A DNA stretch of 64,000 nucleotides from Candidatus Saccharimonadia bacterium (lineage in GTDB: Bacteria > Patescibacteriota > Saccharimonadia > Saccharimonadales > 2-12-FULL-41-12). The stretch is from the NCBI GenBank assembly GCA_963717365.1, contig OY970327.1, positions 523,599 through 587,598 of the forward strand, read 5' to 3'. The notes below the pieces were generated by a model that worked only from the letters and a program-made list of their open reading frames with translations, ran no database searches and had not been told where the DNA came from. Both the position numbers and the translations under genes were made by a program. Every line of letters starts with the position of its first letter. Position 1 is the stretch's first letter. Positions 18,832 to 26,963 of the stretch are shown here, one piece after another.

Positions 18832-20136
18832 ATGCTCATGGTTATTATTGCAGCTGGTATCGTTATGGTGGGATTGGCAATTGCCAGTTACTTTTTCTGG
18901 CGTAAACATTCCAAAAAACATGGCGAGCAGGGCAAGGTAAAGCAATTGACTGGAGCGCTCCTCAGTAAAGAAATTCAGGCCGAAATACTAATCGAGTCTA
19001 TCACCGACGGAATCATTGTGACCGACACACAAAATGTTATTACCTTATTCAACAAAGGCGCCGCTACCATGACAGAGTGGGCAATTGAAGAAGCAATGGG
19101 GATTGACGCCCGACTGGTGTTACAGATATTGGCTGACGAAAAAACTAGCGCTTTGTTTGAACAAGATAATCATCCATTTTCTCAGGTATTACAGAGTCGC
19201 AACCCGTTCAATCAAACCGTTCAGCTGGTAAACCGACAGGGTCAGCGCTTGTTTGTTTCACTGGCAATTTCTCCTGTGGTAATTCCTAAGAATAATGAGC
19301 TGGTGGGTACGGTGGCGGTATTTCGGGATGTCAGCCGCCAAAAGAGCGAGGAACAGCAACGGGCCGATTTTGTCAGTACGGCCAGCCACGAGATGCGGAC
19401 GCCGGTGGCGGCAATCGAGGGTTATCTGGCTTTAGCTATGAATGATAAGGTCAGCCAGGTTGACAGCAAGGCCCGCGATTATCTAGAAAAAGCTCACGCT
19501 AGTACCCAGCATTTAGGAAAGCTGTTCCAGGATCTGCTTACTAGCGCCAAAGCCGAAGATGGCCGTCTGACCAGCCATCCGGTTGTTACCGAAATGGGAG
19601 GATTTATTGAGCAGCTGGCCGATGATTTACGGTTTGGCGCCGAGAAAAAAGGACTGCAAATGGAGTTAGTTACCAGTAGCGTCAATACCGAATCCGGCGC
19701 AATTGATGCCCGTGGTACGGTAATTAAGCCGCTGTACTATGTCCACGTAGATCCTGATCGTCTCCGCGAAGTTATTACCAATGTGTTTGATAATGCCGTT
19801 AAGTACACTCCTGATGGGAAGGTTTCACTTGCCATCACTGGTAATAATGAAGTTGTCCAGGTGCGTGTCCTTGATACCGGACCTGGTATACCTCCTCAGG
19901 ATGTACCTCATCTGTTTCAGAAGTTCTACAGAGTTGATAACTCGGCAACGCGCAGCGTCGGCGGCACTGGGTTAGGATTGTTTATTTGTAAAAAAATTAT
20001 TGAGCTATACAACGGTACTATATGGGCCGAAAGCGAGCTTGGGAAGGGCAGTACTTTTTATATAAACTTACCGCGACTGACATCACAGCGGGCTACGCAG
20101 ATGCAGCAAGCTGAAAAGGCCAATCCTACCACTTAA
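18832..20136 (+). CDS. sensor histidine kinase with a PAS-like domain
   Basis: N-terminal TM helix. H-box TASHEMRTPVA. G2 box GGTGLGLFICKKII. Confidence 0.9.
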   Translation: MLMVIIAAGIVMVGLAIASYFFWRKHSKKHGEQGKVKQLTGALLSKEIQAEILIESITDGIIVTDTQNVITLFNKGAATMTEWAIEEAMGIDARLVLQILADEKTSALFEQDNHPFSQVLQSRNPFNQTVQLVNRQGQRLFVSLAISPVVIPKNNELVGTVAVFRDVSRQKSEEQQRADFVSTASHEMRTPVAAIEGYLALAMNDKVSQVDSKARDYLEKAHASTQHLGKLFQDLLTSAKAEDGRLTSHPVVTEMGGFIEQLADDLRFGAEKKGLQMELVTSSVNTESGAIDARGTVIKPLYYVHVDPDRLREVITNVFDNAVKYTPDGKVSLAITGNNEVVQVRVLDTGPGIPPQDVPHLFQKFYRVDNSATRSVGGTGLGLFICKKIIELYNGTIWAESELGKGSTFYINLPRLTSQRATQMQQAEKANPTT

Positions 20137-20235
20137 TAATACCCTTGCCGCGAAGCTATGGGTGATAAGCATAAACGTGATATAATCACCCCATACGCAC
20201 ACATTCGTTAAATACATAAAGGATACCTAAGAGCA

Positions 20236-21624
20236 ATGGCTAAAATAATGCTCGTCGAAGACGATAACAATCTACGTGAAATTTACGGTGCCCGCCTTCA
20301 GGCGGAAGGACATGAAATTGTTGCCGCCCGTGATGGGGAAGAAGCCCTAGCACTTGCAGTCAAGGAAAAACCTGAACTGATCATATCTGATGTTATGATG
20401 CCCCGAATCAGCGGTTTTGACATGCTGGATATCTTACGAAATGCTCCTGAAACCAAGAACACTAAGGTAATAATGATGACTGCCTTATCCCAAGCAGAAG
20501 ACAAATCCCGCGCTGATAAACTTGGTGCCGACCGTTACCTTGTTAAATCGCAAGTTACGCTTGAAGATGTCGCCAGTGTCGTCAGTGAAGTATTAAATGG
20601 TCCTAACGATGGAACGGCAGTTAATCCAGCCGATACCTCAGAGACATTGCCAACAGTCAGTCAGTCAGTCCCAGCAGCTGTACCTACGCCAGCTCCAGCT
20701 CCGGCTGTAACCGCCGCACCAGCCCCGCAAGCACAACCCGAAGTACAACAACAAACACCAACCCCTCAGCCAGCTCCAGTCGCACCAGTTGACCCCGCTC
20801 TAGCTTTAGCCGAGCCACAGCAATCAACAGAACCAGTTTCTGCACCCCTGCCACCGGCATCCCCTGAGATCATACCTGTTACTGCACCGCCGTCCGATCA
20901 ACCTGCCACTACTACCCCCGTTGCAGATGATGATGCAGCTACCAAAACCGACAATACGCTTCAGGCTATAGCTGCCGAATTAGCACACGCCAATCTTGAC
21001 GATCCTGCTGTGTCTTCCGTCGTCGTTACTGAAACTGCTACTCAAAGCCCTGATGAGACGCCTAAATGTCAACCAACGCCGGCTATAGCTGTAGAAATGC
21101 CCCCGCAAACTGACTCGGCACCGCCGCCAGCCAGCACGGACCAGCCAACACCAACTACTGAAACTGAGCAACCGACTAACGACTTATTTGCTGGCTCTAG
21201 CTTGGCTGAAGTGCTAGCCACCGAGGAAAAAGGTTCAACCGGCTCATTGCCTTCAGCTGCACCAGCTTCTCCGCCAGCCGACCAATCATCCGAACCAACC
21301 GCGACACAGCCAGACACACAACAGCCAGTAGGTGAAGAAACAACTGCGAATAATGTGATACAGGCTAGTCAGTCTGCCATCGCGGCAGCTCCACCTCCTG
21401 AACCAGAGCCAACGGCTGATGAACCTGCCCAAGATGATGATTCATCTTCCACTAACAATAGCGGCATGAAAGTTATTAATCCGATTGGCGACCCATTGGC
21501 TTCACCTGATCTTGATAAACTATTGGCCGATGAAGAACGTAAGCTTGCTGTTGAAAACCCGGTCGCCAGTACCGTTATCACGCCAGAGAAAAAATCTGAC
21601 GAACTCAATAATATTTCTCTGTAG
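20236..21624 (+). CDS. response regulator receiver fused to a roughly 340-aa Pro/Ala/Thr/Gln-rich low-complexity tail
   Basis: Receiver motifs MLVEDD, LIISDVMMP and YLVKS in the first 120 aa or so. The remainder is PAPAP/TPTP-type sequence that ends in a short structured-looking segment (MKVINPIGDPLASPDLDKLL...). Confidence 0.85.
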   Translation: MAKIMLVEDDNNLREIYGARLQAEGHEIVAARDGEEALALAVKEKPELIISDVMMPRISGFDMLDILRNAPETKNTKVIMMTALSQAEDKSRADKLGADRYLVKSQVTLEDVASVVSEVLNGPNDGTAVNPADTSETLPTVSQSVPAAVPTPAPAPAVTAAPAPQAQPEVQQQTPTPQPAPVAPVDPALALAEPQQSTEPVSAPLPPASPEIIPVTAPPSDQPATTTPVADDDAATKTDNTLQAIAAELAHANLDDPAVSSVVVTETATQSPDETPKCQPTPAIAVEMPPQTDSAPPPASTDQPTPTTETEQPTNDLFAGSSLAEVLATEEKGSTGSLPSAAPASPPADQSSEPTATQPDTQQPVGEETTANNVIQASQSAIAAAPPPEPEPTADEPAQDDDSSSTNNSGMKVINPIGDPLASPDLDKLLADEERKLAVENPVASTVITPEKKSDELNNISL

Positions 21625-21645
21625 TTATCTGTTATTATTGACGGC

Positions 21646-22323
21646 ATGCGAACACGCCTAAACAAATATATTGCCCAGCACACCGAACTGTCTCGGCGTG
21701 GTGCAGACGACATTATCGCAGCTGGACAGGTGACGGTTAATAGCCTCCCGGCAAATAATGGTCAATTGGTTACCGAACAGGACATAGTTGAGATAGATGG
21801 TGTTTCACTGAGACCAGGCGAACACTCGCTAACTACGATACTGTTAAACAAACCGGTGGGTTATGTATGCAGCCGGAATGGGCAGGGAAGCAAAACAATT
21901 TATGAACTATTGCCAGCTAATATAGCTCATTTAAATTCGGTTGGACGTTTAGACAAACAGTCTTCAGGACTTTTACTAATGACCAATGATGGACAGCTCG
22001 CCAATGAGTTAACACATCCCCGTTACCAAAAGGTAAAAGTGTATGAAGTTATTCTTGATAAGCCATTGCAACCGTTGCATCAACAAATGATTAGCGATCA
22101 TGGGCTTACACTTGATGACGGTCCCAGTAAATTTCAGATCGAAAAACAGGATAACCCTCAACATTTGATGGTAACTATGCGTGAAGGACGCAACCGTCAA
22201 ATTCGGCGCACCTTTAATGCCCTCGGCTACGAAGTAACAAAACTTCATCGAACAATATTTGGAGACTATCGGCTAGAAGCTGACATAAGTCCCGGACAGT
22301 TTAGTTATATAAAGTCGAAATAA
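21646..22323 (+). CDS. pseudouridine synthase (RsuA/RluB family) with an S4 domain
   Basis: The N-terminal S4-like segment RLNKYIAQHTELSRRGADDII and the catalytic motif GRLDKQSSGLLLMTNDG. Confidence 0.85.
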   Translation: MRTRLNKYIAQHTELSRRGADDIIAAGQVTVNSLPANNGQLVTEQDIVEIDGVSLRPGEHSLTTILLNKPVGYVCSRNGQGSKTIYELLPANIAHLNSVGRLDKQSSGLLLMTNDGQLANELTHPRYQKVKVYEVILDKPLQPLHQQMISDHGLTLDDGPSKFQIEKQDNPQHLMVTMREGRNRQIRRTFNALGYEVTKLHRTIFGDYRLEADISPGQFSYIKSK

Positions 22324-22339
22324 CTTTTGTGATACGCCT

Positions 22340-22651
22340 TTAGTTGAGAGGGGGTTTATTAATGCGACGGGCGCTTTCGGCCATAATCTTACCTATTCTT
22401 CGCGCAGTACTATCTGTTCGTTTGTCTGAAATTTCTGGGTCAGCGGGAAGTTGTTCAACAGGAAACGTTTCACTATCAGCTCCCATCGGAGCAACGGTAT
22501 CAAGATTAATATAAGGGGTTATACTACGCCGCGAGGTACTCATTTGACCGACTAACGCTTGGGCTCCGGCAAGATTTGCGTTTTGTGCTATTCTTTGTGC
22601 GATTATCTGTGATCGTCGTTCCATAGTAATTATCTTTACCTGCCCTTCCAA
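22340..22651 (-). CDS. hypothetical protein
   Basis: 103-aa ORF with a TTG start. An alternative start is the ATG at 22624 (MERRSQ...). Confidence 0.35.
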   Translation of the reverse strand: MEGQVKIITMERRSQIIAQRIAQNANLAGAQALVGQMSTSRRSITPYINLDTVAPMGADSETFPVEQLPADPEISDKRTDSTARRIGKIMAESARRINKPPLN

Positions 22652-22767
22652 AACTTATTTGTTATCAATGAATCATACCCGCTAATACCCAAGGCCAACC
22701 GTGAGAAATCTCATTGCATATTGTTGTTTACCCTTATATATTAATATTATTCATTCATACCTACCAC

Positions 22768-22796
22768 TTGTCAATATAGCGCAACAGGGGTATACT
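22768..22796 (+). promoter_or_regulatory. sigma70-type promoter of der (TTGTCA-17-TATACT)
   Basis: TTGTCA at 22768-22773, a 17-nt spacer, TATACT at 22791-22796. The ATG follows 7 nt later, with no SD. Confidence 0.6.
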
Positions 22797-22803
22797 ATAG
22801 CTA

Positions 22804-24186
22804 ATGAGCAAACACTCCGTACCAATCGTCGCGATCGTGGGCCGTGCTAACGTTGGCAAGTCTAGCTTCTTCAACGCGGTACTAGAACGGCGTGAAGCGA
22901 TTGTAGCCAACGAACCAGGCACGACCCGAGACAGTATAATGGCCAAGGCAAGCATAGACACCAGCAAAGGCCGCCAGGATTTCTGGCTGGTTGACACTGC
23001 CGGTATGAAAAATCCTGAGGATGACTTTGAATTTACCATCCAGGAGCAAATTATGCAGGCTGCTGACAGCGCCGACGTTATCATTGTGATGGTTGAAGCG
23101 CACGTCGGCATATCGGAAGAAGATCGCCGCGTCTCTAAGATGGCGCTTAAAACCCGCAAGCCAGTCATCTTAATAGGCAACAAAGCCGATAAAGCCCGTG
23201 GTCAAAAACTCGACCACCTGCCAAAACTTGGCATCAAACCCATTTTTGCCACTAGTGTCACCCAAGGGGGCGGCATTGATGAAGTCCTGGAACATCTTGC
23301 CGAAATTCTTCCCAAAGCCAGCATTTCCGTCGATGACAACCGCATCCGGGTTGCGCTCTTAGGCCGCCCAAATGTTGGAAAATCAGCGCTGTTTAACGCC
23401 CTCAGCAAAAAACAGCAGGCAATTGTAGCAGACAGAGCCGGTACCACCCGCGATATTAACCGCAACGTCCTTCGTTATAATAACCGCGAAATTGAACTTC
23501 TGGACACTGCCGGTATCCGCCGCAGCGGCAAGATTGAAAGGGGAATTGAAAAATTCAGTGTTATCCGCTCATTATCCGCCATTGAACAAGCCGATATCTG
23601 TCTTTTATTGATGGACGTAAACGAACTAAACGTACAACTTGATCAAAAAATTGCCGGCATGGTAAAGGAAGCCGGCAAGGGACTAATATTGGTTATTAGT
23701 AAGTGGGACAGCCTGGAAGATAAAGATGCCTACACCAGGGACGCGCTGGCCCCGCGAATTGCCCATACGTATGACTTTGTGCCCTGGGCACCGCTCATCC
23801 TTACTAGCAGTGTTACCGGACAAAACGTGACGAAGATTTATGATTTGTTATTTGAGATCATGGAACAGCGTGAAAAACGCATTAAAACTACTGAAATCAA
23901 CCGTTGGCTCCGTAAAGTCACTGATCGGCACCCTCCGGCTGGCCTTAAAAACCGCAACCCGAAGTTGAACTACATGGTGCAAGAAGACGATAACCCTATA
24001 CCCAGCTTTAAAGTCTTTGGCTCTCATACCAAATTCTTGCACTGGAGCTATAAGCGTCATATGGATCGTCAGATCCGCGAAGAGTTCGGTTATGCCGGTA
24101 CGCCGGTCCAATTCTGGTTTATTGAAAAGCATGTTACCCACAAACATGGCCAAAGTCCTACTAAAGATAAAACAGCAGCTTTATAA
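22804..24186 (+). CDS. der: ribosome-associated GTPase Der/EngA
   Basis: Two GTPase domains (GRANVGKSSFFN and GRPNVGKSALFN) plus a KH-like C-terminal domain. Confidence 0.95.
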   Translation: MSKHSVPIVAIVGRANVGKSSFFNAVLERREAIVANEPGTTRDSIMAKASIDTSKGRQDFWLVDTAGMKNPEDDFEFTIQEQIMQAADSADVIIVMVEAHVGISEEDRRVSKMALKTRKPVILIGNKADKARGQKLDHLPKLGIKPIFATSVTQGGGIDEVLEHLAEILPKASISVDDNRIRVALLGRPNVGKSALFNALSKKQQAIVADRAGTTRDINRNVLRYNNREIELLDTAGIRRSGKIERGIEKFSVIRSLSAIEQADICLLLMDVNELNVQLDQKIAGMVKEAGKGLILVISKWDSLEDKDAYTRDALAPRIAHTYDFVPWAPLILTSSVTGQNVTKIYDLLFEIMEQREKRIKTTEINRWLRKVTDRHPPAGLKNRNPKLNYMVQEDDNPIPSFKVFGSHTKFLHWSYKRHMDRQIREEFGYAGTPVQFWFIEKHVTHKHGQSPTKDKTAAL

Positions 24187-24226
24187 TTTGTTATTGGAAG
24201 GCGATTAGCAGATACTAGATATCATT

Positions 24227-24868
24227 ATGGGACTATTCGCTAAACGACCGATTCTGGATTCAAACGCTCCACTCTACTCGCTGGGGCTAAATCGAACTAT
24301 TCTGATCGTAGGTCTGGGTAACCCTGGCAAGGAGTATGATGGCACTCGTCATAATATCGGTTTTGCCGTACTGGATAACTTTGCCATGAAACAGGGATTT
24401 GATAATTGGGTAGCAAAAAAGGATATGCATAGCGCCCAAGTAAGTCACACGATTGGAAATACCCGCGTTATCTTATGTAAGCCTAACACCTTTATGAATG
24501 ACAGCGGAAGAGCAGTAAAAGCCACGCAGCATTTTTATAAAATAGACAACAACGAAACGCTGGTGGTCTATGACGAACTCGATATAGAATTTGGCCACAT
24601 CCGTACTCGCGTCGGTGGCAGTGACGCTGGTCATAATGGCGTAAAGTCAGTTACGAACGCTTGCGGCGAGACCTACGGCAGAGTGCGCATAGGTATTGGC
24701 CCTAAGAAGCCGCAGCAAATCGATACTGCCGATTTTGTGCTTGCTCCTTTTAGTAAGACGCACCAAAAAGACATGCCTGGACTGATGCAGGAAACCAACG
24801 CTATTTTAAGCGAATATGCGCATAGTCGCGATAAACTACTCGCCGAGACGCGAAGCTTCATCATTTAG
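24227..24868 (+). CDS. pth: peptidyl-tRNA hydrolase
   Basis: LIVGLGNPGKEYDGTRHNIGF and GHNGVKS motifs. It has an N-terminal extension of about 24 aa. Confidence 0.9.
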   Translation: MGLFAKRPILDSNAPLYSLGLNRTILIVGLGNPGKEYDGTRHNIGFAVLDNFAMKQGFDNWVAKKDMHSAQVSHTIGNTRVILCKPNTFMNDSGRAVKATQHFYKIDNNETLVVYDELDIEFGHIRTRVGGSDAGHNGVKSVTNACGETYGRVRIGIGPKKPQQIDTADFVLAPFSKTHQKDMPGLMQETNAILSEYAHSRDKLLAETRSFII

Positions 24869-25189
24869 CTGCACTTGCCGGTGCTCTACTGGCAGTTCTG
24901 CCGCTCCATAACCGTGCAGTAACACTCGATTGCCAACCCAATGCATCATTCTTAGCTTAGCTTCGCCCTGAGCTAATTGTTTTTCATAACACAGAATTGT
25001 CTGGCGACTCGGTGGTCGATAACGTTCAAGTAGAGCTGTCTTATATTCTTGGATATCCTTCTCGGCAGCCGTTGTCATATTACAAATTACTTCCAGGTCA
25101 GCTGGAAACTTACGTCTACCTTTCATACCGGTAGCCTTTGCTTCTCGCCGCGAGAGCTTAAATTCGGCTTTTTCTTCGTCAAATTTCAT
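24836..25189 (-). CDS. hypothetical protein
   Basis: The ORF is open to 25201, and the ATG at 25189 (MKFDEEK) is also possible. Its 3' end overlaps the pth 3' end by 33 nt in a convergent arrangement. Confidence 0.4.
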   Translation of the reverse strand: MKFDEEKAEFKLSRREAKATGMKGRRKFPADLEVICNMTTAAEKDIQEYKTALLERYRPPSRQTILCYEKQLAQGEAKLRMMHWVGNRVLLHGYGAAELPVEHRQVQLNDEASRLGE

Positions 25190-25508
25190 TGTCAATCTCA
25201 TTTTGATGCATGTCTAATATTCTAGTATGCGCGTTATCGATCGTCACGTGGACTGCTTCGGTCATAATAGTACATCTCTGATGTAACGTTGCCATGCTCT
25301 CCTGCAAATAAGTGTCATATTCCTCGGTGATCCTAGAGTGATACTCGTTATAAAAACGTTTGGTTGCTTCATATTTATTAAGTGACTTTAGCCAGTTCTC
25401 CACTAGATAGCGGCCATGTAGATATATTTGTGGCTGCAACCCGGACTGCTCTTGTTGTTCTTGGCTTAATACCATGACGTTTTTTCGGGTAGCATCGTAC
25501 TGATTCAT
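25179..25508 (-). CDS. hypothetical helical protein
   Basis: 109-aa ORF. It has a leaderless-type promoter directly upstream. Confidence 0.45.
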   Translation of the reverse strand: MNQYDATRKNVMVLSQEQQEQSGLQPQIYLHGRYLVENWLKSLNKYEATKRFYNEYHSRITEEYDTYLQESMATLHQRCTIMTEAVHVTIDNAHTRILDMHQNEIDNEI

Positions 25509-25516
25509 GACTTAGT

Positions 25517-25545
25517 ATTAAAACTTATATCGTTGGAATTGTCAA
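25517..25545 (-). promoter_or_regulatory. promoter TTGACA-17-TTTAAT, 8 nt upstream of the ATG at 25508
   Basis: In minus sense: TTGACA (25545-25540), a 17-nt spacer, TTTAAT (25522-25517), then ACTAAGTC and ATG. Confidence 0.55.
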
Positions 25546-25956
25546 TTATAAATAAACGAGCCTCCAGAGGGGGTGGGCACCGCTGGAGGCTCGTTTTACA
25601 CCCTTCAACCCACCCTTGCGAAGCGTCATTACCAGCATATAACATGCCACGGTACGCGCCTCCCAGCCCGGTGAAGAGCAGGGAATACCTGAATACTCGC
25701 ATTGAATAGGGTACTGTTTTGCCTGCACGAAGCAGTAAAACAATAGTTAAAGGGATTAGTTTGTTTTAGAGCCCTTAAAAAACAGTGTGGGATTTCATCC
25801 TAAGATTTAATCCCTATTTAATAAAGAAACGCTTTACTAGATGTGGAGGGTAACAACATAAAGTGTGCGCCGGAGACAAGCTCGCTCTCTAAAACAATCT
25901 AACATTGGGGTATGGAAGGTACTAAACCCATATAAATAAATTATATGAGCTTACAA
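25546..25956 (-). ncRNA. candidate structured non-coding RNA of unknown class (about 400 nt)
   Basis: ORF-free region bounded by its own promoter (25963-25991) and terminator (25554-25596). The core is GC-rich and has several long-range complementary segments. Confidence 0.4.
25554..25596 (-). terminator. intrinsic terminator (14-bp perfect stem)
   Basis: AAACGAGCCTCCAG (25554-25567) pairs with CTGGAGGCTCGTTT (25583-25596). The minus-sense tail is UUAUUUAUAAUU. It could also act on the plus strand (UUUUAC tail). Confidence 0.6.
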
Positions 25957-25962
25957 ATTGCT

Positions 25963-25991
25963 ATTCTAGCAAAAATATTCTCTTATGTCAA
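25963..25991 (-). promoter_or_regulatory. near-consensus promoter TTGACA-17-TAGAAT pointing into the ORF-free region
   Basis: In minus sense: TTGACA (25991-25986), a 17-nt spacer, TAGAAT (25968-25963). Confidence 0.55.
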
Positions 25992-26006
25992 TACCTTTTC
26001 ACTAAT

Positions 26007-26885
26007 TTGTCAAAAATGCAAGAATTCAATATTATAAACATTAGCGTCACTGACCCTTTGTTTCCGGAGGATTTTTCTCGGGTTCAACCAATAGTTAAAC
26101 AATTGTACGCAATAGGAAATAAGAAATTATTGTCAGATAATCGTTGCCTTGGAATAGTTGGTTCGCGTAAACCAACATCTTACGGACGACAATCAACAAC
26201 AGACTTTGCCCGAGCTGCAGCTAACGCCGGTATAACCGTCATAAGCGGATTAGCCTTTGGAGTAGACAGTATTGCTCACCAAACAGCACTTAATTACCAT
26301 GGGAAAACGATAGCCATATTACCGGGCGGGCTTAAGAATATATATCCTGCAAGCCATACCTCGCTTGCAGAACGTATCGTGAATAATAAAGGTTTGCTTA
26401 TTAGCGAGTACTACGATGAAATTTCCCCTATGAAATACTATTTTATACGCAGAAATCGATTAATTGCAGCCTTGTCTCATACACTGCTGGTTACTGAGGC
26501 AGGAGTAAAGAGCGGCAGCCGGCATACCGCTGACTTCGCAAGAGATCTGGGTAAAAACATATGCATTATTCCAGGAAATATAACCAGCCCTTTAAGTGTA
26601 GGGACTAATAATCTAATGAAAGAAGGGGCAATGCCAGTGACGGAACCAAGTGATTTGCTTACAATACTTGGTGTTCATGAAAATTTAATGAAGCCGAGGT
26701 ATAGTGCAGAGAACAGCTACGAAGAGGTTCTTATCGAGCTGTTAGCTCGTCAAAATTTGAGTAGCGAGGCATTATTGGAAGCCTCAGAGTTCGAAGTTTC
26801 ACTGTTTAATACCCATCTGACGATGCTGGAAATAAAAGGTGCAATTGAACAAACGGCGGCTAGAAGCTGGAGACTTGCAAAATGA
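26007..26885 (+). CDS. dprA: DNA-processing protein DprA
   Basis: GSRKPTSYGRQSTTDFARAAANAGITVISGLAFGVDSIAHQ Rossmann-like core. The start is TTG at 26007 or ATG at 26016. Confidence 0.85.
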   Translation: MSKMQEFNIINISVTDPLFPEDFSRVQPIVKQLYAIGNKKLLSDNRCLGIVGSRKPTSYGRQSTTDFARAAANAGITVISGLAFGVDSIAHQTALNYHGKTIAILPGGLKNIYPASHTSLAERIVNNKGLLISEYYDEISPMKYYFIRRNRLIAALSHTLLVTEAGVKSGSRHTADFARDLGKNICIIPGNITSPLSVGTNNLMKEGAMPVTEPSDLLTILGVHENLMKPRYSAENSYEEVLIELLARQNLSSEALLEASEFEVSLFNTHLTMLEIKGAIEQTAARSWRLAK

Positions 26886-26963
26886 AATTAAACCAAGTAG
26901 GCTATCAACTCGTACCAACAAGCGGTATACTAAGCGTTATCACAATGGGTCCATTCTTTATAT

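Noticed and set aside
20600-21624. Repetitive-looking Pro/Ala/Thr-coding DNA that could be taken for a tandem repeat array.
   Set aside because: I could find no exact or near-exact tandem unit by eye. It is compositionally biased coding sequence within one continuous ORF.
25667-25683. CCCGGTGAAGAGCAGGG has the CCGG...AGCAG spacing of the SRP RNA domain IV motif (CCGGAAGGAAGCAGCC).
   Set aside because: The flanking bases cannot form the helix 8 stem around a GNRA/GGAA tetraloop on either strand. I treat this as coincidence.
25546-25743. 65-aa ORFs (25505-25702 and 25546-25743, minus strand) inside the candidate ncRNA locus.
   Set aside because: They run through the terminator hairpin, have odd composition (Cys/Gly/Trp-rich), and lack an SD or a leaderless-type promoter. 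They are more likely chance ORFs in GC-rich structured RNA.
25761-25771. TTGTTTTAGAG resembles the start of type II CRISPR repeats (GTTTTAGAG...).
   Set aside because: There are only two copies, and they are in inverted orientation (the partner is at 25887-25897). There is no regular repeat-spacer periodicity and no cas genes. It is better explained as an RNA helix.
26883-26885. Possibility of an alternative genetic code (UGA recoding, as in some candidate-phyla bacteria).
   Set aside because: Conserved genes terminate at TGA at the expected full length (for example dprA at 26883-26885). No conserved gene needs read-through of TGA, so the standard code fits.
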